This document shows, piece after piece, positions 19,301 to 27,906 of a DNA stretch of 55,777 nt. The notes under the pieces were generated by a model. That model worked only from the letters and a program-made list of their open reading frames with translations, was not told where the DNA came from and made no database searches. A program made the translations under genes and the position numbers. Origin of the DNA: Aquihabitans sp. (lineage in GTDB: Bacteria > Actinomycetota > Acidimicrobiia > Acidimicrobiales > Iamiaceae); contig JBKJTA010000041.1 in assembly GCA_046594315.1 (NCBI GenBank), forward strand, positions 1 through 55,777, written 5' to 3'. Within the stretch, counting starts at the first letter, position 1. The number at the start of each line of letters is the position of its first letter.

Positions 19301-19983
19301 AAGGTGAACATCCGCCGGCTGTCGTTGGCGTTCTGCAGCTGGTTGGTGGTCTGGCCGGTCACCCCTGCGCTGGTGTCGTAGGTGTTGGAGCCGATGTAGG
19401 TAGTGCCGTCGATGACGACCTTGTCGAGCAGTTGGCGGGCCGAGAGGTTCCATGTCCAGGAGCGGGCCTTCGGGTAGAGCCGGTAGTCCTGTCGGGTGCC
19501 GCCGTCGGCGGTGCGGGCCCGTTCGAGGCGGACACCGTCTGGCAGGGTGCTGAGGTTGGCATGGTCGAGAAGGTTGTCGATCGTGGTGGTATCGAGGGCG
19601 GCGGGGGCGAAGGCGCCGCGCCCGTCGGTGGTGTCGCGCACGGTGGCCGGGCTGCCCTGGCCGTTGGGCGAGAGGGTCCAGCCCTCACGGCCGCGAGCCA
19701 CGAGGACCCAGCCGCCGCCGGAGGTGGTCATGTCGCACGAGAACTGGGCGGGCCGATCCATGCTCTTGGTGAGGAGCCAGAACGTGCCGTTGGCGCTGGC
19801 CGGGAACTGCTGCTTGATACCCCAGCACGAGGCGCCGGCGGTGGCCGAGGTGGTCCCGTCGCCGGGGGCCGCGACCGCGGCGCTGGCCTGATCGGGACGG
19901 AGAACGGCGGTGACCGGCACCAGCGCGGCGATCGCCAGGAAGGCGATGCCGGCAATGGTCCACCGTCGGTTCGTGGCACGCAT
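16333..19983 (-). CDS. Large secreted protein: fibrinogen-like domain, propeller-like region, two FN3 plus jelly-roll (CBM-like) modules
   Basis: Signal peptide; FSCDMTTSGGGWVLV; repeated YVGGRF/IIGGDF blades; two copies of AP(T/S)AP..L.W followed by YVNGVEVGR..GTN..AVE.H. Confidence 0.8.
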   Translation of the reverse strand: MRATNRRWTIAGIAFLAIAALVPVTAVLRPDQASAAVAAPGDGTTSATAGASCWGIKQQFPASANGTFWLLTKSMDRPAQFSCDMTTSGGGWVLVARGREGWTLSPNGQGSPATVRDTTDGRGAFAPAALDTTTIDNLLDHANLSTLPDGVRLERARTADGGTRQDYRLYPKARSWTWNLSARQLLDKVVIDGTTYIGSNTYDTSAGVTGQTTNQLQNANDSRRMFTFAWTSHNNKVGFSYGSGVSGSNSSSSYLWTYANEGLAIPFTRVWVRPQIANGAAGFTPIPAEGYAAQVKPVALKNRSEIAPWGVSGYNHTNEDSVTPWINNVMVIKVYGDRVYVGGRFTGVQQGPTATPIPQASIAAFDLDGNWIPSFHPVVVGRVWDMTMTNDGKLIIGGDFTSVDSVPDTHGLAALDPITGAVSTTWKGSVDRTGGGNAIVRALDSRGDTIYAAGRFNLFKGGASAAITTTSAISMKVSNGGPGTWRPKIYATAVRIQVSNAGDRVYMAGFFNSINSDTNHGYYGITNPTTGAVEPGIGPWQASTTSAKYQQAVAESGDNILVGGSQHDFQMYDHNRNTLLDSTITRSGGDTQAIEKIGNYIYFACHCLNWVYQGTNNFSSPNNFRAVDPIRMVGRVDATTFDYDTTWFPNGTKGQNDAGIWSISSDSRDCLWVGGDLVRGAYSGNAVTDYLGGFARFCPTDSVAPTAPTALTATANAGSVDLAWTGSTDAGGTVSYDIYRDDRVIATVFGTTYSDGSPGATGTHQYTVRAADTRGNRSASPAPISINGPAPTIASPVSYGSTWRYADRGTDLATAWRAPSFDDSAWTSGPGTVGWGGGEATTVGGSSKPITTYLRSNFTIDDASQVKVMDIEAKLAQGAIVYVNGVEVGRVNLPAGAVTGATPASTYTDSTEDARVKTFRIPGTLLTTGTNSLAVELHAWKAGATKAFFDLQATTRGASSDTTAPSAPALTATPTADGVSLSWTPSTDETALGGYTIARDGAPIAVVGPLASTFTDVADITVAHTYMLTAFDSSGNTASASASTTATANPKLLAFNSTWSWWYQDTSPNAGWQNEGYEATTWNSGAGELGFGDTPKATITSVTNAPRPVTAYYRRTVDVADPSAFTSVAFDLIRNAGAVLYVNGVEVGRSNMPSGTITSATYALSAPAAADRHEPVRIAVPTSAFHPGTNTIAVEVHLNYRSQPTSGFDLKITGLF

Positions 19984-20120
19984 GAGCTGACTTTCTGGCC
20001 GTGGCGGTTGCTCGGCTGAGCGCACCCGTGGGGGCGGGGCGATGGAAGCAGGGCCAGACTAGAGAATCTCACGCAACGTGACAAGTCATCTGTCAAAGTT
20101 ACGGAGGGTGGTAGAATGTG

Positions 20121-20897
20121 TCAGGCGATGGCGAGGGCCCGGTAGGCCTTCACGAAGGACTGCGCGCTGAAGGCGACCATGATCGCGAAGAGCGCCCCGT
20201 ACGCCGTCAAGAAGGCCGTTGGCCAGGCCAACAAGGCAAACGAAACGCACAGCGTGCCGTAGTCCATGGGCAGCAGGACCAACGAGCGCAGCGTTGATCC
20301 GGCACCGGTGGCCGAGGCCGGTCCGTCCCCTTGCGATGGCTTGGCCCCGAGCTGGTCGCGCAGCATCATCGCGAAGAAGAACGTGATGTTGACGATGCCG
20401 AAGCCCAGCGGGATGGCCAGCCACAGGTTGCTGTCGAGCTCGGCGAAACGGGCCAACGAGACCAGCACCCCGGCGTGGAGGGACGACGTTTTGGCCACGT
20501 CGACCACGTGGTCGAGCCACTCCCCTGCGGGGGTGCCGCCACCTCGGAGGCGCGAGAGCTGCCCATCGGCGGAGTCGAACGCGTAGCCCAGAAGGAGCGA
20601 GATCGTCACCGCAGCGGCTACCGCGACCGTGGGTCGGAGCACGGCCAGCGCAGCGATGGCCCCGAACGAGAACAGGGCGCTGAGGGCCGTGAGGTGGTTG
20701 GGGGTGAGGCCGAGCGCGTAGCCGGCGGCGGCCAGCCAACCCCCGATGCGGCGGTTCACGAAGCGGAGGTAGGCGGGGACGCCCACCGCGGATTTCTGGG
20801 CTCCGGCCAGGCGGCCGCGGCCTTCGCGAAACCGTGACCGGGGGTCGGTTCCGCCACCGGGGGAGCCTCCCGCGGGGGAGGCGGGGGCGGCGGTCAT
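20121..20897 (-). CDS. CDP-alcohol phosphatidyltransferase family protein
   Basis: TPNHLT and DSADGQLSR..GEWLDHVVD signature. Confidence 0.9.
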   Translation of the reverse strand: MTAAPASPAGGSPGGGTDPRSRFREGRGRLAGAQKSAVGVPAYLRFVNRRIGGWLAAAGYALGLTPNHLTALSALFSFGAIAALAVLRPTVAVAAAVTISLLLGYAFDSADGQLSRLRGGGTPAGEWLDHVVDVAKTSSLHAGVLVSLARFAELDSNLWLAIPLGFGIVNITFFFAMMLRDQLGAKPSQGDGPASATGAGSTLRSLVLLPMDYGTLCVSFALLAWPTAFLTAYGALFAIMVAFSAQSFVKAYRALAIA

Positions 20898-20950
20898 CGG
20901 GGCAGCGTACGGCACGGTCCAGAGACCCCCGGCCCATAAGGTGGCGTCCC

Positions 20951-21382
20951 ATGGCCGCACCACGCATCGGTTACGCCCCCGGCGTCTACGACCTTTTCCA
21001 TGTCGGGCACCTCAACATCTTTCGTGAGAGCCGTCGGTTCTGTGATCACCTGATCGCCGGGGTCATCTCGGACGACATGGCCCAGCGGTCCAAGGGGGCC
21101 ATCCCGGTCATCCCGCTCGCCGAGCGCCTCGACATCGTGAGCAACATCAAGTTCGTCGACGAGGCCGTGGTGGAAGATGTGCCCCACAAGCTCGAGATGT
21201 GGGAGCGCCTCAAGTTCGACGTGATCATCAAGGGCGACGACTGGCGAGGCACCGACAAGGGCGACAAGCTCGAGGCCGACTTCGCCAGCGTGGGCGTGGA
21301 GGTGGCGTACCTGCCGTACACCCCACGCACCTCGAGCACGATGCTTCGTGAGGTCCTCCAGGCCGTGCTCGAGGGTCGATAG
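20951..21382 (+). CDS. Cytidylyltransferase (TagD-like, glycerol-3-phosphate type)
   Basis: GVYDLFHVGH, KGDDW and TSST motifs. Confidence 0.9.
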   Translation: MAAPRIGYAPGVYDLFHVGHLNIFRESRRFCDHLIAGVISDDMAQRSKGAIPVIPLAERLDIVSNIKFVDEAVVEDVPHKLEMWERLKFDVIIKGDDWRGTDKGDKLEADFASVGVEVAYLPYTPRTSSTMLREVLQAVLEGR

Positions 21383-21388
21383 CCGCCG

Positions 21389-22723
21389 TCAGTTGGCGGC
21401 CATCGCCGCGGTGGCGGCGGCCGCCTCCCGACGTTCACCCGCGTGGGCGTTGGCCTCCCGGTGCGACAACCCCGCGGCCACACCGATGAGGACCACGTGG
21501 GGGAGCAGGCCGTAGTACGGCACTTCGATCAGCGAGATCACCAGGCTGAGGTGCGTCCACCACGCCAGTGAGGTGCGTATCCGGCCCGAACGGAACACCT
21601 CGATCAGCAGCCAGGTCATGAAGAGGCCCAGTCCCACGAAGCCGTGAATGAACATCAGGTACCAGAGGAGCCCATGGGTGCCCACCGGAGGCGAGTTCGT
21701 GTAGTAATCGGTCTTGCGGGGTACGCCGTTGCCGATAAGGGGGGAGTCGATCGCTCCCTTCCAGGCGTCGTGGTAGAGCTCGCCGCGAGATTGGTTCGAG
21801 TCGCCGGCGCTGCTGAGCCGATCGCTCACGATGGTTCCGGCCGGGGTGGCCACGAACAGCACGGAGATCGAAAGCATCGCCGCCAGCAGCACCAGGATCG
21901 GCCCGACCTGGCCGCGGAACGCCTTGCGGGCGGCGAAGTAGACCAGGCCGACCGTCAGGCTGATCCACAGACCCCGGTTGACCGAGGTCAGCACCGGGAG
22001 GATCGCCGCGCCCAGGAGCACCAGCCCGATCCGTCGACGCCGACGGGTCACGTCGACCAGCCACGATCGGATGAAGAACGGCGTCAGGATGCCCACCGCC
22101 GAGCCCCACGAGTTGGTGGCGCCGAACGGTGCCGCCGGCCGGGCGATGGACCGACCGAGCAGCGGCTGCACGTCGGCTAGGTGGATCTCCGAGATCCGGG
22201 CCACGAAGGCGATTCGCCCGAACGGTCCGGTCAGGATCTGGAACGGCGTGGTCACATTGAGGTGGGGCAGGACCTGAGCCAGGTAGCCCAGCGCCACCAG
22301 GTAGATCCACAGCAGGGCCAACCAGTCGACGATCCGTCGGGTCGGCACCACCTTCTCGCTCACGTTGATCACCCAAACCATGGCGGTGAGCGCCCCGATG
22401 AAGAGGGTCCAGCGGTAGGTGAAGATCGGCAGGTTCCGGGGCCCGAGGATCGAGAAGCTCAGCGGGACCCACATCACGAAGAAGATCAGCGGGATGGTGG
22501 ATCGCGGGAAGCGGGTGTTGCGGTCGGCCAGGATCCGGGCCCCGAGCACGATGGCCACCACGTTCCAAGCGATGCCGTAGAAGCCGAGGGTGAACGACAC
22601 CGGGAGCCCGGCGGTCACGATCCACAGGGGCCAGGTGGCCCGGTCGGGGCGGTACGACCGTCGGGCGGGAACCGCCGCCGCGGGCGGGGCGCCCGTGGTG
22701 GGGGCCGGGCCCACCGTGGTCAC
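21389..22723 (-). CDS. Wzy polymerase / O-antigen ligase family membrane protein
   Basis: Many TM helices, SVNRG, SPLIGNG and GTHG; 4-nt overlap with the upstream gene; operon context. Confidence 0.75.
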   Translation of the reverse strand: MTTVGPAPTTGAPPAAAVPARRSYRPDRATWPLWIVTAGLPVSFTLGFYGIAWNVVAIVLGARILADRNTRFPRSTIPLIFFVMWVPLSFSILGPRNLPIFTYRWTLFIGALTAMVWVINVSEKVVPTRRIVDWLALLWIYLVALGYLAQVLPHLNVTTPFQILTGPFGRIAFVARISEIHLADVQPLLGRSIARPAAPFGATNSWGSAVGILTPFFIRSWLVDVTRRRRRIGLVLLGAAILPVLTSVNRGLWISLTVGLVYFAARKAFRGQVGPILVLLAAMLSISVLFVATPAGTIVSDRLSSAGDSNQSRGELYHDAWKGAIDSPLIGNGVPRKTDYYTNSPPVGTHGLLWYLMFIHGFVGLGLFMTWLLIEVFRSGRIRTSLAWWTHLSLVISLIEVPYYGLLPHVVLIGVAAGLSHREANAHAGERREAAAATAAMAAN

Positions 22724-24189
22724 GTCCAGACGATCTCGGAGATGGACACGTCGGCTTCCTTCAGGGCGCTGACGGTCTGCTCGATGCCCTGGCTGTCGGC
22801 GTCTTCCACGATCACGGCCGTCTTGGCAACCCACTGGCCCAGGGCGGCGGCGGCCGCGTTGCGGGTGGGGGTCGCGGCCACGAAGACCACGGCCTCGAAG
22901 CCCTCACGGCCGGCTCGGGTGATCAGCGCCTCCACCACGGCTCGCCGCAGCAACCCCGAGGCCTCGGCCGAGCCCCGAGGCCGGAGCCACGTGACCGTGG
23001 GCGTGGCGGCGACCGTGCTGGCGCCGGCCACGTCGGGGAGGCTGGCGGGCCCGGTGATGGACGGACCGGTGATCAGATCCGTGAACGACGCGATCACGTG
23101 GGCCTGGCGCAGGTCGCGTTCGGTGGTGCCGGCCAGCACGAACAGGGTGGGGATGCCGGCGAAGGTCAGGCTGGAGGCCAGTTCCTCGGCCAGGGCCACC
23201 GGCGGGTCCGTCCGGGTCCCGACCACCAGGACCGAGGCGGCCCGGCCGCGTGAGCCGCCGCCGGCCAGCTCCACCGCCAGTCGGTCGATGGCGGCATCGA
23301 CCTCGGCCGGTCCCACCTTCTTGCCGCTGGCCGTGGGCATCATCCGTAGGTTGGCGCCGGGCACGAGCTGCTGGACCTTACGGCGGCCGCCACCCATGCT
23401 GTCTCTGCGGTCGACCAGCAGGGCGACACCGAGACCGGCCAGCACGAACAGCCCGAACACGCCGACCCCCATGGCCAGTGACTTCTTCGAGAGCACCGCT
23501 GGGGGGAGCTTCGCGAGCTTCACGATGGTGCCGGCATCGGTGGTGTCCAGCGTGGTCCAGGCGCTGATGTCGTCCTTGAGCTTGCTCACCGCCGTGAGGG
23601 ACTGGTTGAGGGTCTGCTGGGCCTGGGATCGCTCATCGCTGCCCGGGTCGGTGGCCTCGAAGGCCCGACGCGCCTCGGTGGCGGTGGCGTTGGCGTCGGA
23701 GAGCTCTTGGCGAAGGCTGTCGACCGCCTTGTTCTTCTTGGCGGTGGCCGCCGCGGTGCGCTCGTCCAGGTACGACTGGGCAATGGCGTTGACCGTGTCG
23801 CGGGCCTTGGTGGCTGTAGGGGCGGTGATACTGAGGCCCATGACCCGAGAGTCGGTCTTGACGGTGACGATGAGGTTGGCAAACGGGTTGCCGGTGGTGC
23901 CGAGCTTCTTGCGGACCGCGTTGGCCACCTGATCCGACTTCACGAAGTCGGCTTCGGTGCCCATGTCGACCTGCTTGGAGGCCGGGGTGTTGACCGTGGG
24001 AGAGGTGGGGTCGTCGGGGATGGCGTGGAGTTCGACGCGGGCCGAGGCGCTGTACTTCGGCGCGGCGGTGGCGAACACGAGGTAGCCCGCCAACAACCCG
24101 AGGATCGCCGCGCCCAGCACGATCGCCGATCGACGCCGGAGCAGCGCGATCACGTCGGTCAGGCGAAATCCAGATTCCAGTTCGGTCAT
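22720..24189 (-). CDS. Polysaccharide chain-length determinant (Wzz/Wzc-like)
   Basis: N-terminal TM (LLRRRSAIV..), PKYSASA, coiled coil, second TM, C-terminal domain with no recognisable Walker A. Confidence 0.75.
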   Translation of the reverse strand: MTELESGFRLTDVIALLRRRSAIVLGAAILGLLAGYLVFATAAPKYSASARVELHAIPDDPTSPTVNTPASKQVDMGTEADFVKSDQVANAVRKKLGTTGNPFANLIVTVKTDSRVMGLSITAPTATKARDTVNAIAQSYLDERTAAATAKKNKAVDSLRQELSDANATATEARRAFEATDPGSDERSQAQQTLNQSLTAVSKLKDDISAWTTLDTTDAGTIVKLAKLPPAVLSKKSLAMGVGVFGLFVLAGLGVALLVDRRDSMGGGRRKVQQLVPGANLRMMPTASGKKVGPAEVDAAIDRLAVELAGGGSRGRAASVLVVGTRTDPPVALAEELASSLTFAGIPTLFVLAGTTERDLRQAHVIASFTDLITGPSITGPASLPDVAGASTVAATPTVTWLRPRGSAEASGLLRRAVVEALITRAGREGFEAVVFVAATPTRNAAAAALGQWVAKTAVIVEDADSQGIEQTVSALKEADVSISEIVWT

Positions 24190-25817
24190 GGGGTTCCTCG
24201 TGCGGGGGTGCCCGCCGGCGGGCCTTGCGTGGGTGATCGGCGGCGAACGCCCGACCACCAGGAATCCAGGTGCATCGTCGTCCGGAACGTCCACAATCCG
24301 GCCAGGTACAGGGCGCCGCCGATGGTAGTGGTCACCAGGAGCCCCGCCCCGCCATCACCGAGCAGCAGGCGGGTGGCGAGGCCGACCACGCCGATGGTGC
24401 CGGCGGCCACCGCGACGCCGGTGATGGCGGGGCGGCCGGTGGTCCGGACGTGCATGGTCCGGTTCGTCTGCCAGCCGGTCAGACCGGCGGCGGTGAGGAT
24501 GCTGGCTCCCCACACGATGCCGGCGGCGGTGAGCCCGTAGCGCGGCACGAAGATGAGGTTGCCGCCCACGTTGACGGCCAGGACCGCGAACGTGTTGAAC
24601 ATGGCCTGACGGCTCCGGCCGGCCATGAGGATCACCGCCCCGGACGGGCCGACCGGGGCGGCCAACAACATGGCGATCGACAGGGCCACGAGCGCGCCTC
24701 GGGCCTGCAGGATCTCGTGGCCGAACACCGATAGCAGGGGCGTGGGGAACATCAAGGTGATGAGGTAGATCGGCCACATGGCCGCCACCTGCCAGCCGCC
24801 CACGATCTGCACGAGGGCCGAGGCCTGCTCTCGCTTTCCGGTGGCCAGCAGGGCGGCCAGCCGGGGCGAGACCACCTGCACCAGCGCGTCGGCGGCGAAG
24901 AGCCCGGGAAGTAGGTAGCGGGTGCCCGACGCGTAGATGCCGGCCGCGGTGGTGGAGAGGATGGCGCCCACCAGCACGGTGTCGAACCAGTTGATGACCA
25001 CGTTCGATGCCTGGTTGACGGCGAGTGGCGCGCTGTACGCCCAGAACTCGCGCCTCATGGCCCGGGTCACCTTGGCCTTGGGCTTGCCGGAGGCGGCCAC
25101 CGCCTTGCGGACCCGAGTCCCGAGGGCCCAGCTCGACAGCGCGAGGGCGGGCACGCTGCTGGCGGCCCAGGCAGCGCCGACGCCCTTGGGCCCCATGCCG
25201 ATCGCCGCCGCACCGCCGGCCACGATCGGCAGGGAGAGCGACCGCCCGATCTTCTCGATCATGACCTGCGGCATCATCGTGTCGAAGCCGCGGGTGGTCT
25301 GGATGATCACGGTGTGCAGGGCGGCGAACGGGGCGAAAATCACCATGGCCCGGAGCACGCCGGTCACCTCGTCGGCCCGGCGACCGCTGGCGAAGATCTG
25401 GGCCAGCCACGGTGCCGAGGCCCACAAGATGCCCGTGGTGGCCAAGGCCACGATGGTCACGGGGACCAGCCCCACCCACAGCGCCGCCGGCAGCTCCTCG
25501 GGGTGGCCGGTGGCCCGCAGCTTGCCCACCTGGCGCACGAGCGAGGTGGAGGTGCCGAGCCCGGCGATGATCGTGACGATGTTGAAGATGGCGATGGACA
25601 CCACCACCACGCCGGCATCGTGGACGCCGATCCCCCGGTTGAGCACGATGAGCAGCACGAAACCCGACATGCCGTAGACGAGAGCACCGAGCAGGTTGGC
25701 GGTACCGCCGCGCGCGACCCCGGCCACCATCGCGCCGTGGCCGCCTTGGCCCTCGGCGGTGGCGCCGACCGGGGCGTCGGCCTCCGGCGGATCGACCGCC
25801 GGATCGGCCACGGTCAT
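24186..25817 (-). CDS. Wzx-type polysaccharide flippase
   Basis: About 14 TM helices, FDTVLVG..AAGIY and LIFVPRYGLTAA pattern. Confidence 0.85.
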   Translation of the reverse strand: MTVADPAVDPPEADAPVGATAEGQGGHGAMVAGVARGGTANLLGALVYGMSGFVLLIVLNRGIGVHDAGVVVVSIAIFNIVTIIAGLGTSTSLVRQVGKLRATGHPEELPAALWVGLVPVTIVALATTGILWASAPWLAQIFASGRRADEVTGVLRAMVIFAPFAALHTVIIQTTRGFDTMMPQVMIEKIGRSLSLPIVAGGAAAIGMGPKGVGAAWAASSVPALALSSWALGTRVRKAVAASGKPKAKVTRAMRREFWAYSAPLAVNQASNVVINWFDTVLVGAILSTTAAGIYASGTRYLLPGLFAADALVQVVSPRLAALLATGKREQASALVQIVGGWQVAAMWPIYLITLMFPTPLLSVFGHEILQARGALVALSIAMLLAAPVGPSGAVILMAGRSRQAMFNTFAVLAVNVGGNLIFVPRYGLTAAGIVWGASILTAAGLTGWQTNRTMHVRTTGRPAITGVAVAAGTIGVVGLATRLLLGDGGAGLLVTTTIGGALYLAGLWTFRTTMHLDSWWSGVRRRSPTQGPPAGTPARGTP

Positions 25818-25818
25818 G

Positions 25819-26775
25819 TCAGATGCCCCGCCCGCGCTTGTTCAGGAAGGCCGAGACCCGATTGGCCGGTACGCCGGCCATCACGGCCAAGGCGATGGCG
25901 GCGCGGGGCTCGCGCCAGGACCAGCGCAGCGTTGCGCCCACCTGCCGCAGTGCGTCGGCCCGGCGGCCTTGGGCCGCGATGGCCACCGCGATCTGGCCTT
26001 CCACACGGGCGCGGCCTCGCGGCTCGCGCGAGAAGTCGGGGTTGTCGCTCAGCACCTGGCCCAGGGCCGCTTCCCAGTCGGGCCACTGGTCGCGGAAATG
26101 GGATTGCCCGATCCAGCGCATCTGCAGCATCGGCTCCGCCACCACCGGTACCGGCGCGTGGTGGGTCGCCCGCAACATCCACTCGTAGTCCTCGGCGTAC
26201 CCGCCGGGAATGGCCTCGTCGAGAGGACCGATGGTGTCCCAGAAGGCGTCGGTTCGGACCATCGCCGTGCCCATGTAGGCCTCCATCCGCCGGAAGCGGA
26301 GGAGGTCGACGTAGCGCAAGACCCCGTCCACACCGGGGCGGGGGATGATCTGACCGTCGATCACCACTTCCAGCCCGGCCGAACAGGCATCGGCCCCCGT
26401 GCGCTCCAGGAGGGCCAGCTGAGTGCGGGCCTTGGCCGGCAACCAGAGGTCGTCGTCGTCGCAGAAGCCGAGCACGGGGGCGTTCGCGGCGGCGGCCCCG
26501 CAGTTGCGGCTGCCCGGGAGCCCGGGGGTGCGATCGTTGGCCAGGATCCGGACCGATCGGTGGGCGTCATCGACCGCGAGGTCCCACTCGGGCTCGGTCT
26601 TGTCCCACACCACGATGGTCTCGATGGGACCGGGGTGATCTTGCCCCCGGATGGCCTCGACGGCCTCGCGGAGCTGGTCGGGGCGGGCGTGCGTGGAGAT
26701 CACGACCGTGAGGTCGAACCGAGACGATGCTGGCGGCGTTGATTGGGCGTTCGTTTCCTCGTCGCCGGTCGTCAA
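25819..26775 (-). CDS. GT2 family glycosyltransferase
   Basis: TVVISTH, SRNCG, FCDDDD and EDYEW; AGGAAGGA before TTG start. Confidence 0.9.
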   Translation of the reverse strand: MTTGDEETNAQSTPPASSRFDLTVVISTHARPDQLREAVEAIRGQDHPGPIETIVVWDKTEPEWDLAVDDAHRSVRILANDRTPGLPGSRNCGAAAANAPVLGFCDDDDLWLPAKARTQLALLERTGADACSAGLEVVIDGQIIPRPGVDGVLRYVDLLRFRRMEAYMGTAMVRTDAFWDTIGPLDEAIPGGYAEDYEWMLRATHHAPVPVVAEPMLQMRWIGQSHFRDQWPDWEAALGQVLSDNPDFSREPRGRARVEGQIAVAIAAQGRRADALRQVGATLRWSWREPRAAIALAVMAGVPANRVSAFLNKRGRGI

Positions 26776-26848
26776 CCGATGTCCTTCCTGGTTCACGTCC
26801 GATTGCCGGGAAACTCTATCGGCGGTGACCCATCTACTCTGAAGCCCC

Positions 26849-27871
26849 GTGGCCGATGGATCGGGCGTGAAGGCGCACCCCAACCCCCGTGTCGGCCTGG
26901 CCGATGAGCCGGCTTCGGGTTCGGCTGCGCCGGCCGACCGCCAGCGGGTCCTGTTCATCGGCGGCCTCGGGCGGTCGGGCACCACCGTGATCGAGCGCAT
27001 GCTCAACGAGCTGCCACAGGCCTTCGCCGAGGGTGAGTCGATCTTTCTCTGGAAGCGCGGGCTGAAGGACGGCGAGCAGTGCGGCTGTGGCGAGCCGTTC
27101 CGGTCCTGCCCCCATTGGTCGGCGGTGGGGGAGCGAGCCTTCGGCGGCTGGGACGAGGTCGACGTCGACAAGATGATCGCCCTGCGCTGGGAGGTCGATC
27201 GCACCCGTCGGGTGCCAGGTCTGCTCTTCCATCGAGAGCACGAGCGACTCTCGGCCGACCAACGTTGGTACCTCGATCATCTGGTGCGGGTGATGCTGGC
27301 CTCGGCCCGGGTGGCCGGCCGGCCCCCGCTGATGATCGACTCGTCGAAGCACCTGTCGGCGGCCGCGCTCCTCACGCTCGATCCCCGGCTCGACCTGCGG
27401 GTCCTTCATCTGGTTCGCGACGCCCGCGGCGTGGCCCACTCCCGCACCCGCACCCGGCTGCGCCCGGAGGCCGGCAACGTGGCCATGTCGACCCTGTCGC
27501 CGCGCCAGTCGGCTCTGCGCTGGGTGACCGACAACCTGGGCTACGAAGCGCTGGGACGCCGGGGCGTGCCCATGTCGCTGCTCCGCTACGAAGACTTCAT
27601 GGCCGACCCGCACGGTGCCATGGTCGAGATCGGCCGCTTCGCCGGGGTCGACCTGACGCCCGCCGATCTGGGGTTCCTCGAGGGCCGCACGGCCCACTTC
27701 CGCACGCCGATGCACTCAGCGGCCGGCAACCCGGTGCGCTTCGGTGGCGACGACCTCGAGATCCGCATCGACTCGGCGTGGCGGGAACAGCTCCCGGTGC
27801 CCCAGCGTCGGCTCGTGACCGCCATCGCCGCCCCGCTGCTCCTGCGCTACCGCTACCCGCTGCGGCCCTGA
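26849..27871 (+). CDS. PAPS-dependent sulfotransferase
   Basis: IGGLGRSGTT (5'-PSB), DSSK, HLVRDARGVAHS (3'-PB) and RYEDF. Confidence 0.9.
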   Translation: MADGSGVKAHPNPRVGLADEPASGSAAPADRQRVLFIGGLGRSGTTVIERMLNELPQAFAEGESIFLWKRGLKDGEQCGCGEPFRSCPHWSAVGERAFGGWDEVDVDKMIALRWEVDRTRRVPGLLFHREHERLSADQRWYLDHLVRVMLASARVAGRPPLMIDSSKHLSAAALLTLDPRLDLRVLHLVRDARGVAHSRTRTRLRPEAGNVAMSTLSPRQSALRWVTDNLGYEALGRRGVPMSLLRYEDFMADPHGAMVEIGRFAGVDLTPADLGFLEGRTAHFRTPMHSAAGNPVRFGGDDLEIRIDSAWREQLPVPQRRLVTAIAAPLLLRYRYPLRP

Positions 27872-27906
27872 GGTCTGCAGCCGGCCGGCCGCCGGTCGGC
27901 GCTGGG

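Noticed and set aside
16393-20019. 1208-aa plus-strand ORF, and similar long ORFs at 9036-11606, 32722-35109 and 6571-8148
   Set aside because: Antisense shadows of well-supported genes; stop codons are rare at this GC content and the translations have no motifs.
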